Source: an uncultured Acidimicrobiaceae bacterium (GTDB lineage: Bacteria > Actinomycetota > Acidimicrobiia > Spongiisociales > UBA5794). Taken from it: a stretch of DNA of 64,000 nt. The position numbers and the translations under genes are program-made. Location: positions 7,386-71,385 of the forward strand of contig CAZPAV010000004.1 of the NCBI GenBank assembly GCA_964584755.1. The letters are read 5' to 3'. Positions 37,071 through 46,876 of this stretch are shown here, one piece after another. The notes beneath the pieces are model-generated. The model searched no databases, had not been told where the DNA came from, and saw nothing but the letters and a program-made list of their open reading frames with translations. Position 1 is the first letter of the stretch; every line of letters starts with the position of its first letter.

Positions 37071-37610
37071 TCAGGCGCCGTGGGCCTCCTCGTAGCTGGG
37101 TCCCCCCGTCTCCTCGACCCAGTACCGCCGCGCCCAGCCGACCCCCTGCCACGTCTTGATGTTCGTGGGGGTCATCTTGATGAGCCAGCGGGGCTGGTTG
37201 AGGGTCGAGGTGAGGTACGTGGGGCCGTTGGGACCGAGGTAGCGGTAGGACATCTGCTCGGCGATCTCCACCCACTTCCCGCCGACGTTGGGGTGCTCGA
37301 CGACCTCGGCGATGCCCTCCATGATCACCTTGGGGATCTCCCGACCCTTGCCGGACTCGTCCGGCGGGCTGTGCTCCATGTCGACGACCACCGCCACCCG
37401 GCCGTCGTTCTCGATGTAGGTGCACCAGGCGGATCGCTGCCGCCCGACGAACCACATCGCCTCGCCATCCCACTGATACCAGACGGGAATCACGTACGGT
37501 GACCCGTCCGGCTTGACGACGGCGAGTCTCGCCAGGGCGTTCCCCGCGAGGAACTCGTCCATCTCGTCTCTGGTCATGCCTCCGAGCTTGCCGCGGAAAC
37601 TCTCGGTCAT
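37071..37610 (-). CDS. Pyridoxamine 5'-phosphate oxidase-like (PPOX class, probable F420/FMN-binding) protein, paralog 1
   Basis: Split-barrel FMN-binding-like fold signature (ARLAVVKPDGSPYVIPVWYQWDG...WF); 179 aa. Confidence 0.7.
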   Translation of the reverse strand: MTESFRGKLGGMTRDEMDEFLAGNALARLAVVKPDGSPYVIPVWYQWDGEAMWFVGRQRSAWCTYIENDGRVAVVVDMEHSPPDESGKGREIPKVIMEGIAEVVEHPNVGGKWVEIAEQMSYRYLGPNGPTYLTSTLNQPRWLIKMTPTNIKTWQGVGWARRYWVEETGGPSYEEAHGA

Positions 37611-37652
37611 GGTCCTCTCGCCTCCCTCCCGCGCCCGATGTGCGGCGCCGGA

Positions 37653-38192
37653 TCAGGTGCCGTGCACCTCCTCGTACGCCGGTGCCTCGGCGCTTTCCAC
37701 CCAGTACTTCCGCGCCCAGCCCACGCCCTCCCACGTCTTGAACGTGTGAGGGACGACCTTGATGAGCCACCTGGGCTGGTGCAGTGTCGGCCCGATGTAG
37801 CTCGGGCCGTTGGGGCCGAGGTACCGCAACGCCATCTGTCGGGCGATCTCGACCCACCTCCCCCCGACGTTCGGCTCCTCCACGACCTCGGCCCGTCCCT
37901 GACAGAACACCTTCGGCATCTCGAAGTGCCGCCCGAGCCGGGGATCGTCCACCGACGTGTCGTCGATCACGAGGCCGACGTCCGGTCGTGCCGCCATGTA
38001 GCGGGCGATCGCGGAGCGCTGCCGGATGACGAACCAGAACGCGTCCCCATCCCAGTGGTACCAGAGCGGGTTCACGTAGGGGAGCCCGTCGTCGTCGATC
38101 ACGGCCACCCGGGCGTTGGTGTCCCCCGCCAGGAACAGGTCCATGCGTTCCTGGTCCATCCCGCCGATGCTGCCCCGCCAGTCCTCTGCCAC
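37653..38192 (-). CDS. PPOX-class PNPOx-like protein, paralog 2 (tandem with paralog 1)
   Basis: ~60% identical to 37071..37610 product ([23 protein letters not shown]...); GTG start with GAAGCGAGGG SD; ORF track extends to 38561 through GC-rich shadow. Confidence 0.65.
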   Translation of the reverse strand: MAEDWRGSIGGMDQERMDLFLAGDTNARVAVIDDDGLPYVNPLWYHWDGDAFWFVIRQRSAIARYMAARPDVGLVIDDTSVDDPRLGRHFEMPKVFCQGRAEVVEEPNVGGRWVEIARQMALRYLGPNGPSYIGPTLHQPRWLIKVVPHTFKTWEGVGWARKYWVESAEAPAYEEVHGT

Positions 38193-38256
38193 GATGCCCT
38201 CGCTTCCCTGGCCGCTCGCGGCGGCCCGTCGTCGTCTCGCGCCCGAGGACGCAAAA

Positions 38257-38267
38257 TAGTATATCAT
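38257..38267. promoter_or_regulatory. AT-rich motif TAGTATATCAT between divergent PNPOx-like operon and ABC ATPase gene
   Basis: Same motif family; ~80 nt upstream of both the GTG 38342 start and the minus-strand GTG 38192 start. Confidence 0.35.
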
Positions 38268-38341
38268 CTGGTGGCTTGCCGCTCCCTCCTCCGGGAGGTG
38301 TGACGACGAGGCCGGCTCGCTGGCTCCCCGAAGGAGACACG

Positions 38342-39406
38342 GTGGAGGAACACGTCCGAGGCGACGGAGACCGCCGAGGCATCGGCGACGACGTCGCGGT
38401 GGCCGTACGCGACCTCGCCAAGACCTTCCGGGTGGGCGGCGGCGTGTTCGGCGCGGGGAAAGCGGAGGTCTCGGCCGTCGCCGGCGTGTCGTTCGACATC
38501 CGCTTCGGGAGCACCCTGGGTCTCGTCGGCGAGTCCGGCTGCGGGAAGTCGACGACGGCACGATGCATTCTCCGTCTCATCGAGCCGACGTCGGGCGAGG
38601 TGGTGCTACAGCGGAGGATCGGAGGCGGGGTCACCGAGTCGATCGACATCATCGCCGCCGACGCCAAGGAGCTGCGGCGTCTCCGCAGGCAGATGCAGAT
38701 CGTCTTCCAGGATCCCTTCGCCTCGTTCAACCCGAGGATGACGGTCGGGCAGACGCTGGCCGAGCCGCTGCTCGTCCACACCGACATGTCACGGGCCGAC
38801 CGGGAGGCCCGGGTCGCCGAGCTCCTGCAGCTCGTCGGGATGAGCCCCCAGTCCGCCGAGCGCTACCCCCACGAGTTCTCCGGAGGACAGCGACAGCGGG
38901 TCGGCGTGGCGCGGGCCCTCGCCCTCAACCCCGAGTTCGTCATCCTCGACGAGCCGGTCTCGGCCCTCGACGTCTCCATCCAGGCCCAGGTCCTCAACCT
39001 CCTCGAGGAGCTGCAGGACGAGCTCGGACTGACGTACCTGTTCATCGCCCACGACCTGGCCGTCGTGCGCCACATCTGCGACGACGTCTCGGTGATGTAC
39101 CTCGGCAAGATCGTCGAGTTCGCCACCACCGACGAGCTGTTCGCCGCGCCGATGCACCCCTACACCCACGCGCTCCTCTCGGCCGTGCCGATCCCCGATC
39201 CCAAGCTCGAACGGCGCCGATCCCGGATCCTCCTCGAGGGGGACGTGCCGAGCCCCATGAACCCTCCGTCGGGGTGCCGGTTCCACACCCGCTGTCCCAC
39301 GGGGCGGGGCAAGGAGATCTGTGCCGACGAGGAGCCGCCGCTCCGGGAGCTCGTCGCCGGCCATCTCGTCGCGTGCCACTTCCCGGAGATGAAGGAGATC
39401 GTGTGA
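38342..39406 (+). CDS. ABC transporter ATP-binding protein (peptide/nickel Opp/Dpp type, with C-terminal oligopeptide extension)
   Basis: Walker [10 protein letters not shown], signature LSGGQRQRV, Walker B ILDEP, C-terminal CxxHTRCP motif; GTG with AAGGAG SD chosen within ORF 38276..39406. Confidence 0.8.
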   Translation: MEEHVRGDGDRRGIGDDVAVAVRDLAKTFRVGGGVFGAGKAEVSAVAGVSFDIRFGSTLGLVGESGCGKSTTARCILRLIEPTSGEVVLQRRIGGGVTESIDIIAADAKELRRLRRQMQIVFQDPFASFNPRMTVGQTLAEPLLVHTDMSRADREARVAELLQLVGMSPQSAERYPHEFSGGQRQRVGVARALALNPEFVILDEPVSALDVSIQAQVLNLLEELQDELGLTYLFIAHDLAVVRHICDDVSVMYLGKIVEFATTDELFAAPMHPYTHALLSAVPIPDPKLERRRSRILLEGDVPSPMNPPSGCRFHTRCPTGRGKEICADEEPPLRELVAGHLVACHFPEMKEIV

Positions 39407-39407
39407 C

Positions 39408-40196
39408 ATGACCTGGAACGACATTCGCGCCGGTAACCCGGTGAAGGACACGCTCGCCGGCGGAGGGGTCGTGGTCGGCGCCTTCGCCCGGCTGGGGTCG
39501 GTCGAAGCGGTCGAGGTGTGCGCCCACGCCGGGTGCGACTTCGTGATCGTGGACATGGAGCACGCCCCGGTGAGCTGGGAGCGGGCGGCCGCGATGTCGG
39601 TGGCCATCGAGGCCGCCGGCGCGACACCCGTCCTGCGCGTGTCGACGGCGGCGAGGGATCTCATCACCCGAGGGCTCGACGCCGGGGCGCACGGGATCAT
39701 GGTGCCCCGCGTCGACGATCCCGCGACCGCGGAGGCGGTGGTGGCGGCGACGCGTTACGGACCGGGGGGCACGAGGGGCGCCGCCGCCAACCGCCGCGCC
39801 GGATACGGGCTGCGCATGTCGTACGAGGAGTACGTGGCGGCGGCCAATCGGACGACCCTCCTCGTCTTGCAGATCGAGTCGGTCCGTGGCGTGGAGAACG
39901 CCGCGGCGATCGCCGCCGTTCCCGGTGTGGACTGCCTCTTCGTCGGCCTGGCCGACCTGTCGGTCGACATGGATCTCCCCGGTCGATGGGACCTGCCCGA
40001 GGTCGTCGCGCAGGCGACCGCGGTGCTCGCCGCGTGCCGCGACGCGGGGATCGCGTTCGGTGTGCCGACACCGGACACCGCCATGGCCCGCGAGTACCTC
40101 CGCCGCGGGGCGCGGTTCATCGCCGGGGGCGACGTCGGGTTTCTCGCCGGGGCCGCCCGTGCCTTCGTCGACGAGGTTCGATCATCGAGCGGCTGA
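39408..40196 (+). CDS. HpcH/HpaI family aldolase (2-keto-3-deoxy acid aldolase/citrate lyase beta-like)
   Basis: TIM-barrel aldolase motifs CDFVIVDMEHAP, GAHGIMVPRV, ESVRGVENA; 262 aa. Confidence 0.8.
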   Translation: MTWNDIRAGNPVKDTLAGGGVVVGAFARLGSVEAVEVCAHAGCDFVIVDMEHAPVSWERAAAMSVAIEAAGATPVLRVSTAARDLITRGLDAGAHGIMVPRVDDPATAEAVVAATRYGPGGTRGAAANRRAGYGLRMSYEEYVAAANRTTLLVLQIESVRGVENAAAIAAVPGVDCLFVGLADLSVDMDLPGRWDLPEVVAQATAVLAACRDAGIAFGVPTPDTAMAREYLRRGARFIAGGDVGFLAGAARAFVDEVRSSSG

Positions 40197-40207
40197 CCAG
40201 AGATCGC

Positions 40208-41107
40208 GTGGCGTTCGCCTTCGACCCGAAGGCCGACCCGGCGGTCGTCCTCGCCTCCGGGGAGCGGATCGTCGTCGAGACGCAGGACGCCCACGGCGGA
40301 ACGATCACCGGACCGGACGTCGTGTACCGGACCCTCGAGGACGCCGTGGCGCGCATCGGTGGGGTGAACCCCGTGACGGGACCCATCGCCGTGGAGGGGG
40401 TGGAGCCGGGGGAGTGCGTCGCCATCCGGATCGGGGGTATCGCGGGAGCCCCCACGACCGGGTTCGGCTACATGACGACGACGCCGACGCTGCATCCGGA
40501 CCTCGAGGCGGAGACCGTCATCTGCCGCCGCGTCGGCGACGAGGTGGAGATCCCCACCGCTCGAGGCCCGATCCGCGTCCCCTGCCGCCCGTTCGTCGGG
40601 ACCCTGGGCGTGGCGCCGGGCGACGGGCCGCTCCCGTCCTTCGCCCAGCGCCCCGACGTCCTGGGCAACGTGGATCTCCCCGAGGTGACGAGCGGCGCCA
40701 CGGTCGTGCTCCGTGCCAACGTCCCCGGCGCCCTGATCTCGCTCGGCGACGCCCACCTGGCCCAGGGCGACGCCGAGATCCACCGCTCCGCGATCGAGGC
40801 ACAGGCCGACGTGGAGGTCACGGTGACCCGGCTGGACGCCGACGCCGTCGTGTACGCCGGGCTGCCGCAGGTCGACACCGCGGCGGAGCTCGGCAGCGTC
40901 GCTCCCGGACCGGGGCATCTCGAGGACCTCGTCAGGTCGGCGTACGACGACCTGGCGGTCAGGCTCCAGCGAGGCCACGGTCTCCGCCTCGCCGAGGCGT
41001 ACCGGCTCCTCGGGGCCGTGGGGACCGTGCGCATCGGCCAGGTCGTGCCGCCCGTGTACTCGGTCATCGCCAAGATCGAACGTCGTTACCTGGAGGACCG
41101 ATCATGA
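40208..41107 (+). CDS. Acetamidase/formamidase (FmdA_AmdA family)
   Basis: FAFDPKADPAVVLASGERIVVETQDAHGG N-terminal pattern and size match the FmdA/AmdA family; start assigned to in-frame GTG (ORF track frame 39518..41107 is shadow upstream). Confidence 0.65.
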   Translation: MAFAFDPKADPAVVLASGERIVVETQDAHGGTITGPDVVYRTLEDAVARIGGVNPVTGPIAVEGVEPGECVAIRIGGIAGAPTTGFGYMTTTPTLHPDLEAETVICRRVGDEVEIPTARGPIRVPCRPFVGTLGVAPGDGPLPSFAQRPDVLGNVDLPEVTSGATVVLRANVPGALISLGDAHLAQGDAEIHRSAIEAQADVEVTVTRLDADAVVYAGLPQVDTAAELGSVAPGPGHLEDLVRSAYDDLAVRLQRGHGLRLAEAYRLLGAVGTVRIGQVVPPVYSVIAKIERRYLEDRS

Positions 41108-42255
41108 GACCCTCGCGGGCCATCGCCGGCCTTCCCCGCTCGGGGATCCGCGAGATCTTCGAGCTCGCGCTGCGCGTGCCGGACGCCATCCACCTCGAGG
41201 TGGGGGAACCGAGCTTCCCGACTCCCGGGCACGTCTGCGAAGCCGCCGCGGCGGCGGCGAGGGAGGGACACACGAAGTACACCCCCAACGCCGGGATTCC
41301 CGAGCTGCGAGAGGTCCTCGCCCGGAAGGTGCGTGACCGCAACGGCATCGATGCGGAGGCCGACCGGGTGATCGTGACCCCCGGGGCGGTCGCCGGGCTC
41401 TTCAGCACGCTGGAGGCGACGGTGGACCCGGGCGACGAGGTCCTCATGGGTGACCCGAGCTGGCCGAACTACGGGCTCATGGTCCGCCTGCTCGGCGCCA
41501 CCCCCCGGTACTTCCCGCTCCGTCCCGAGGCGGGCATGGTCCCCGAGGCCGAGATCATCGAACGTCACGTGGGCGCCCGGACGAGGGTCCTCGTGCTCAA
41601 CTCGCCGGGGAACCCGACCGGGGCGACGACACCGAGGGACGTGCTCGTGGAGTTGCTGGAGCTGGCGAGGGAACACGACCTGTGGGTCCTCTCCGACGAG
41701 GTCTACGACGAGATGTGGTTCGAGGAGCCGCCCCAGTCGGCGGCACCGCTGGACGTCGACGGCCGCGTCGTGACGTTCTTCTCGTTCTCGAAGACGTACG
41801 CCATGACCGGCTGGCGCGTCGGCTACCTCGTGGCGCCGCCGGGCCTCGTCGAGCACGTCGTCAAGGCCCAGGAGCCGATCACGTCGTGCGTCAACGCCCC
41901 CGCCCAGCACGCCGCGATCGCCGCCGTCACCGGTCCCCAGGACTGCGTCGCCGAGATGCGGTCGGCGTACCGGAGCCACCGCGACCTCGCCTGCCGGCTC
42001 CTCGACGAGGGCGGCGTGCCGTACGTGCGACCGAGCGGCGCGTTCTACCTCATGGTGGACGTCTCGGCCAGTGGCCTCGACGGGGGTGCCTTCGCCCGAC
42101 GGCTCGTGCTCGAGCGGGGCGTCGCCGTCGTCCCGGGCATCACCTTCGGACCCGGCAGCGGATCCTTCGTCCGTGTCTCCCTCGCCTCGGCCCGCGGCGA
42201 TCTCACCGAGGGACTCGCCCGGCTCGTCGACGCCGTCCACGCCTGGTCCGGGTGA
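41104..42255 (+). CDS. Class I/II pyridoxal-phosphate aminotransferase
   Basis: PLP-lysine region SFSKTYAMTGWRVGY, NPTG motif, ~383 aa; ATGA overlap with formamidase. Confidence 0.85.
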   Translation: MRPSRAIAGLPRSGIREIFELALRVPDAIHLEVGEPSFPTPGHVCEAAAAAAREGHTKYTPNAGIPELREVLARKVRDRNGIDAEADRVIVTPGAVAGLFSTLEATVDPGDEVLMGDPSWPNYGLMVRLLGATPRYFPLRPEAGMVPEAEIIERHVGARTRVLVLNSPGNPTGATTPRDVLVELLELAREHDLWVLSDEVYDEMWFEEPPQSAAPLDVDGRVVTFFSFSKTYAMTGWRVGYLVAPPGLVEHVVKAQEPITSCVNAPAQHAAIAAVTGPQDCVAEMRSAYRSHRDLACRLLDEGGVPYVRPSGAFYLMVDVSASGLDGGAFARRLVLERGVAVVPGITFGPGSGSFVRVSLASARGDLTEGLARLVDAVHAWSG

Positions 42256-42273
42256 ACGGCGCCGCGACGGGGG

Positions 42274-43143
42274 TCAGAACGTGAAGAGCGACGCCGCCGT
42301 GCCACCCCTGACGGCCGCGCGCTCCTCCTTGGTGAGGTTCGGGAGGTGATGGTCGACGAGGTCGAGGATCTCGCGGTACCCGGGGTTGTCCTTGATCCAC
42401 GGCCAGTCGGACGCCATGAGCATGCGTTCCGCCCCGAAGGCGCGGAAGATCCGCCGGGCCGTCTCCCCGAGGTCCCGATACGGATACGGTCGGCGGGTGA
42501 AGGCGTACAACCCGGAGAAGACGACGTAGAGGTTCCGGTGTCTCGCCGCGATCCGCTCCACGAGCTCGAGCGAGCGCGGCGGCAGGTCGACGTCGAACCG
42601 CGGCCGCCCGTCGTCGTCGACGCGGAGCTCCATGGTGATGTCGGGGCAGAACCCCAGGTGGTTCAGGACGACCTGGAGATCGGGGAGGAGATCCATCACG
42701 CCGTCGAGGATGGCCACCTGGTCGGGGGCGCCGTAGAACCACACCTTGAGCCCGTGCTCGGCCATCGCGGCGAGGGCGGGGAAGACCGCGATCGACTCCG
42801 GGTCGCTCCCCGGGTCGGCGTCGAGCCCGTAGAAGCGCATGCCCTGCATTCCGGTCGCCTCCACCCGGCGCTCGAGCTGCGCCACCGGGTCGGGTTCCGA
42901 GAAGTCGAAGAGGCCGATACCGGCGAACCTCCCCGGATGGTCACGGAGGACGTCGCGGAGGTACTCGTCGTGCTCGGAGAGCGCGACGACGACGGCGTGA
43001 TCGACCCCTGCCGACGCCATCGCGGCGAGGAGCTCCTCGGCGGCCTCCTCCCGATCCGGTGGGGTCATGCTCTCGTAGACGGGACGCGGGTACGCGTCGG
43101 ACACTGCCTTGAAGAGGTGGAGATGGGCGTCGACGACAGGCAC
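42274..43143 (-). CDS. Amidohydrolase-2 family (LigI/ACMSD-like metal-dependent hydrolase)
   Basis: MPVVDAHLHLF N-terminal HxH, TIM-barrel hydrolase pattern, conserved D near C-terminus (MASDWPW). Confidence 0.75.
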   Translation of the reverse strand: MPVVDAHLHLFKAVSDAYPRPVYESMTPPDREEAAEELLAAMASAGVDHAVVVALSEHDEYLRDVLRDHPGRFAGIGLFDFSEPDPVAQLERRVEATGMQGMRFYGLDADPGSDPESIAVFPALAAMAEHGLKVWFYGAPDQVAILDGVMDLLPDLQVVLNHLGFCPDITMELRVDDDGRPRFDVDLPPRSLELVERIAARHRNLYVVFSGLYAFTRRPYPYRDLGETARRIFRAFGAERMLMASDWPWIKDNPGYREILDLVDHHLPNLTKEERAAVRGGTAASLFTF

Positions 43144-43158
43144 GGCTGTTCCTCTCTC

Positions 43159-43854
43159 TCAGTCCTCGGGAACGCCGAGGGGGCCGGACGGGTTCGCCCC
43201 GTCCGGCGAGGCGTGCTCCTCCGCCCACGCCTCGCTGAGAGGCGTCAGGTAGCGGCGGAGGAAGATGACGAGCTGCTCGAAGAGGTTCGGACGATCGGTG
43301 AGCAGGCGGGGGCCGGCATCGGCGGTCGCGGTCGTGATCCACAGGTTCTGGCCCCGCACCGCCGGATAGATCTCCTCCACGTACCGCTGCGACGGCTCGT
43401 CCAACGTCCCGTTGACGACGAGCCGCAAGGCGGCCGTCGTGGACCTCCGGTCGATCGCCACGGGTCCCTCCCGCGGGCTGACGACGACGTGGACCGGGGC
43501 GCCCGGCTCGGACGAGAGCCGGAACGCCACGGCCGACAGCGACCCGTGGCAGACGAACGCCACCGGGCCGAAGGTCTCGTGGAGCTGCGCGACGAGTTCC
43601 TCGAGGTCGTCGATCGTCGTCGCCGGGTCGACGTGCCCGTCGGAGAGACCGTGGCCCCGCAGCTCGGTGGCGACGACCCGAAACCCCGCGTCCACGAGAC
43701 GGTGGGGGAGCGGCGTCCAGACGTCCAGGTCCTCGCCGAGGTCGTGGACGAGGAGGACCGGTGGACCCTCCCGGGGCCATTCGTGGCCTCTCAGTGTGAG
43801 CCCGGAGGGGAGTCGGACGGCGATGGGGATGGGGCGCATCGGGATCCCGGTCAT
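43159..43854 (-). CDS. Alpha/beta hydrolase
   Basis: HGSLS nucleophile elbow variant (CHGSLSAV), LVHDLGED; ATGA-coupled to downstream ABC ATPase; internal ATG of ORF 43159..43971. Confidence 0.6.
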   Translation of the reverse strand: MTGIPMRPIPIAVRLPSGLTLRGHEWPREGPPVLLVHDLGEDLDVWTPLPHRLVDAGFRVVATELRGHGLSDGHVDPATTIDDLEELVAQLHETFGPVAFVCHGSLSAVAFRLSSEPGAPVHVVVSPREGPVAIDRRSTTAALRLVVNGTLDEPSQRYVEEIYPAVRGQNLWITTATADAGPRLLTDRPNLFEQLVIFLRRYLTPLSEAWAEEHASPDGANPSGPLGVPED

Positions 43855-44883
43855 GCTTCGAAGGGCTGCGGGTTGAAGCACCGGAGAGCCCGTTCCGCGA
43901 CGGTCTCGAGCTCGGGATGCTCCTCCCAGCACCGGGGGACCGCGTACGCGCAGCGGGGGGCGAAGCTGCATCCCGGCGGCATGAGCTGGGGAGGCGGGAC
44001 GAGACCCGGGATGGGGGTGAGGGTCTCCCGCTTCACGCTCACGTGGGGGAGGGCACGCAGCAGCCCCTGGGTGTAGGGGTGCCGGGGGTCCTCGAAGAGC
44101 TCCTCGACCGGCGCCTGCTCGACGATCTCCCCGGCGTACATGACCGCCACGCGGTCGGCGACGGAGGCGACGACGGCCAGGTCGTGGGTGATGAGCAGCA
44201 TCGCCATGGCGCGCTCGCGCTGCTCGGAGAGGAGCTTCTCGAGGATCTGCGCCTGAACGGTCACGTCGAGGGCCGTGGTGGGCTCGTCGGCGATGAGGAT
44301 CTCGGGGTCGAGGACGAGCGCGAGCGCGATCATGACCCGCTGCCGCATGCCGCCGGAGAGCTCGTGCGGGTAGGAGCGCAGCCGGGCGGCGGGATCCGGG
44401 AGGCCGACCTCACGGAGGATGGCGACGCTCATCTCGACGGCGGCCGCCCGATCGACGGGACGATGCGTCCGGATCACCTCGGTCATGACGTGGCCGATGG
44501 TGAAGACGGGGTCGAGGGACGTCAGCGGGTCCTGGAAGATCATCGAGATCGCATCGGATCGGATCTTGCGCATCTCCCGTTTCTGGAGCGAGAGGAGGTC
44601 CTGGCCCCGGTAGCGGATCTCGCCACCGCGGACGTGCACCGGGGGGGTGGGGAGGAGGCGCATGATCGAGAGCGCGGTGACGCTCTTGCCGCATCCGCTC
44701 TCGCCGACGAGGCCCACGATCTCGTTCGGGTACAGGTCGAGCGAGAGATCCCGCACGATGTCGGAGCTCGTGCCGCGATCCACCACGGCGGTGCGCAGGC
44801 TGCGAACCGACAGGATGGGGTCGTCACCCGCGGGCTCGGGCGTGGGGGCGCCGTCGGCGTCGGTTTCCACCGCAAACGACACG
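43851..44883 (-). CDS. ABC transporter ATP-binding protein (OppD/DppD type)
   Basis: Walker [19 protein letters not shown], Walker B ILIADEP, C-terminal Cys motif (CSFAPRC); GTG start adjacent to permease stop. Confidence 0.85.
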
Positions 44884-44884
44884 G

Positions 44885-45808
44885 TCAGACTCCTGCCTTT
44901 CGCAGTCGGGGATTCGCGAGGGTGTAGCCGACGTCGGCGATCCAGTTGGAGAGGACGACGATGGTCACCAGCACGAGCGAGAAGAACTGGGCGACCGGGT
45001 AGTCGCGCCGGAGCACGGCGTTGACGAGGACCTGACCGAGTCCGGGCCAGCCGAAGATCGTCTCGACGACGAGGGCGTACCCGACGATCTGGCCGATCCG
45101 CAGCCCGGCCAGGGAGATGATGGGGATGAGGGCGTTGCGGAAGACGTGCTTGGCGACGACGCGCAGCTCCGAGAGGCCACCGGCGCGCAGCGTGCGGACG
45201 AAGTCCTGGTTGAGGTTCTCGAGCATGGCGGAGCGGGTCATGCGCACCGTGAGGGCGATGCCCTCCATGGCGAGGACCACCGCGGGCAGGACGAGCTGCT
45301 TCACCGAACAGCATCCCGCCGACGGGAGCCATCCCAGGGTCGACGCGAACAACCAGACGACGAGCAGCGCCAGCCAGAAGTTGGGGACCGCCATCCCGGC
45401 GACGGAGAACGTCATGATCGCGCCGTCCCACCACGACCCGCGGCGCAACGACGCGAGGAGCCCGAGGGGCACCCCGAGACCGAAGATGAGGACGAACGCG
45501 GCGACGCCGAGGATGAGGCTGTTCTTGCCGTGCTCGGTGACGAGCAGTCCGATGTCGGCGTTGTTCGTCAGGGACTTGCCGAGGTCGCCGGAGAGCACCC
45601 GACCCATGTAGGTGAAGTACTGCTGGTAGATGGGGTCGTTGAGCCCGAGCCGCTCCCGGAACGCCTCCCGGTCGGCCTCGGTGGCGGACGCGGGGAGGCG
45701 GGCGGCGGTGGCGTCGCCGCCCGAGAGCCGGATCGCGTAGAAGACGGCGACGGAGGACAGGATGAGGACGATGAGGGTGTACGCCGTGCGGGCTGCGAGA
45801 CGTCTCAC
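44885..45808 (-). CDS. ABC transporter permease (OppB/DppB-like)
   Basis: 6-TM permease with EAA-like loop (RSAMLENLNQDFVRTLRAGGLS); GTG start overlapping upstream permease stop (GTGA). Confidence 0.8.
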   Translation of the reverse strand: MRRLAARTAYTLIVLILSSVAVFYAIRLSGGDATAARLPASATEADREAFRERLGLNDPIYQQYFTYMGRVLSGDLGKSLTNNADIGLLVTEHGKNSLILGVAAFVLIFGLGVPLGLLASLRRGSWWDGAIMTFSVAGMAVPNFWLALLVVWLFASTLGWLPSAGCCSVKQLVLPAVVLAMEGIALTVRMTRSAMLENLNQDFVRTLRAGGLSELRVVAKHVFRNALIPIISLAGLRIGQIVGYALVVETIFGWPGLGQVLVNAVLRRDYPVAQFFSLVLVTIVVLSNWIADVGYTLANPRLRKAGV

Positions 45809-46743
45809 TCCTCGAGCCCCTTGGCCTCGTGGCGGAGCCGGGGATCGAACACGTCCCGTAGCCCGTCGCCGATCAGGCTGACCGACAGCACGAGGAGCAC
45901 GATGGCGATCCCGGGAATCGTGGACTCCCAGTGGTTGAGCCGGAGGAAGTTCCGCCCGTCGGACACCATCTGACCCAGGCTGGGCGTGGGAGGCTGCGCC
46001 CCCAGCCCGATGAACGACAGGGCCGCCTCCGCGATGACCGCCACCGCGACGTAGTACGAGGCGAGCACGAGCGCGGGGGCGAGGATGTTGGGGAAGACGT
46101 GTCGCCACATGATGCGGAACGTCGAGTAGCCGCCGGCCCGGGCCGCCTCGATGAACTCCCGGTCCTTGAGCGCCAGCACCTCGCCGCGGACGACTCGGGC
46201 GATGGCGGCGGTGTTGACGAGCCCGACGGCGAGGATGACGGGGAAGAGGCCCGCCCCGAGCCCCCCGGCGAAGAGCACCGCGACGAGGATGAGCGGGAAG
46301 CCCCAGACGAAGTCGACGACGCCGCGGATGGCGCCGTCCGTCCAGCCGCCGAGGAAACCGCCCGCCATCCCGATCACGATGCCGGCGACGAGCGCGAGCA
46401 GCGTCACCCCGGCCGCGACCGTCAGGCTCACCCGGATGCCCACGAAGAGACGGGCGGCCAGGTCGCGTCCGAGCTGGTCCGTCCCCAGCAGGTGACCCGG
46501 GCTGAGTGGCGGGAGGTGGACGTCGGAGAAGCTCTGGGCGTTCGGATCCGCCCCCGAGAGCCAGGGCCCGAGCAGGCCGGCGCCGAGGACGACGATGCCC
46601 AGCGCCGAGCCGAGCAGCAGGAGCTTGTTGTGGCGCATTCGCTCGAACGCGGAGCGAACCGCGCCCACGTGCTGGGCGGCCTCGTACGCGGCGAGCCTCG
46701 CTGCCCACTGCCCCTGGTAGGCCCGGGTCTGCTCGGTCAGCAT
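45805..46743 (-). CDS. ABC transporter permease (OppC/DppC-like)
   Basis: N-terminal extension with GTDQLGRDL hallmark of OppC-type permeases; EAA loop (EFIEAARAGGYS). Confidence 0.8.
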   Translation of the reverse strand: MLTEQTRAYQGQWAARLAAYEAAQHVGAVRSAFERMRHNKLLLLGSALGIVVLGAGLLGPWLSGADPNAQSFSDVHLPPLSPGHLLGTDQLGRDLAARLFVGIRVSLTVAAGVTLLALVAGIVIGMAGGFLGGWTDGAIRGVVDFVWGFPLILVAVLFAGGLGAGLFPVILAVGLVNTAAIARVVRGEVLALKDREFIEAARAGGYSTFRIMWRHVFPNILAPALVLASYYVAVAVIAEAALSFIGLGAQPPTPSLGQMVSDGRNFLRLNHWESTIPGIAIVLLVLSVSLIGDGLRDVFDPRLRHEAKGLEE

Positions 46744-46876
46744 GAGCCACCCTCCTCCGCCAGGGCACTATACGTCCCCGGGGCGGGCACCCCCGCCGCC
46801 GTCGGCGCCTCCTCGGTCGTCTCGAACGAGGGGGACAGTGCCGGTGGCCGGCACCGTCCCCGCTCGGCGTCGAGAT

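Noticed and set aside
37653-38561. Longer starts for PNPOx paralogs using upstream in-frame ATGs that read MIYY... (38267 on minus strand; 56560 on plus strand)
   Set aside because: Those ATGs lie inside the AT-rich intergenic motif with no SD. Good SD sequences precede the downstream starts (GTG 38192; ATG 56635), and paralog 1 aligns from the shorter start.
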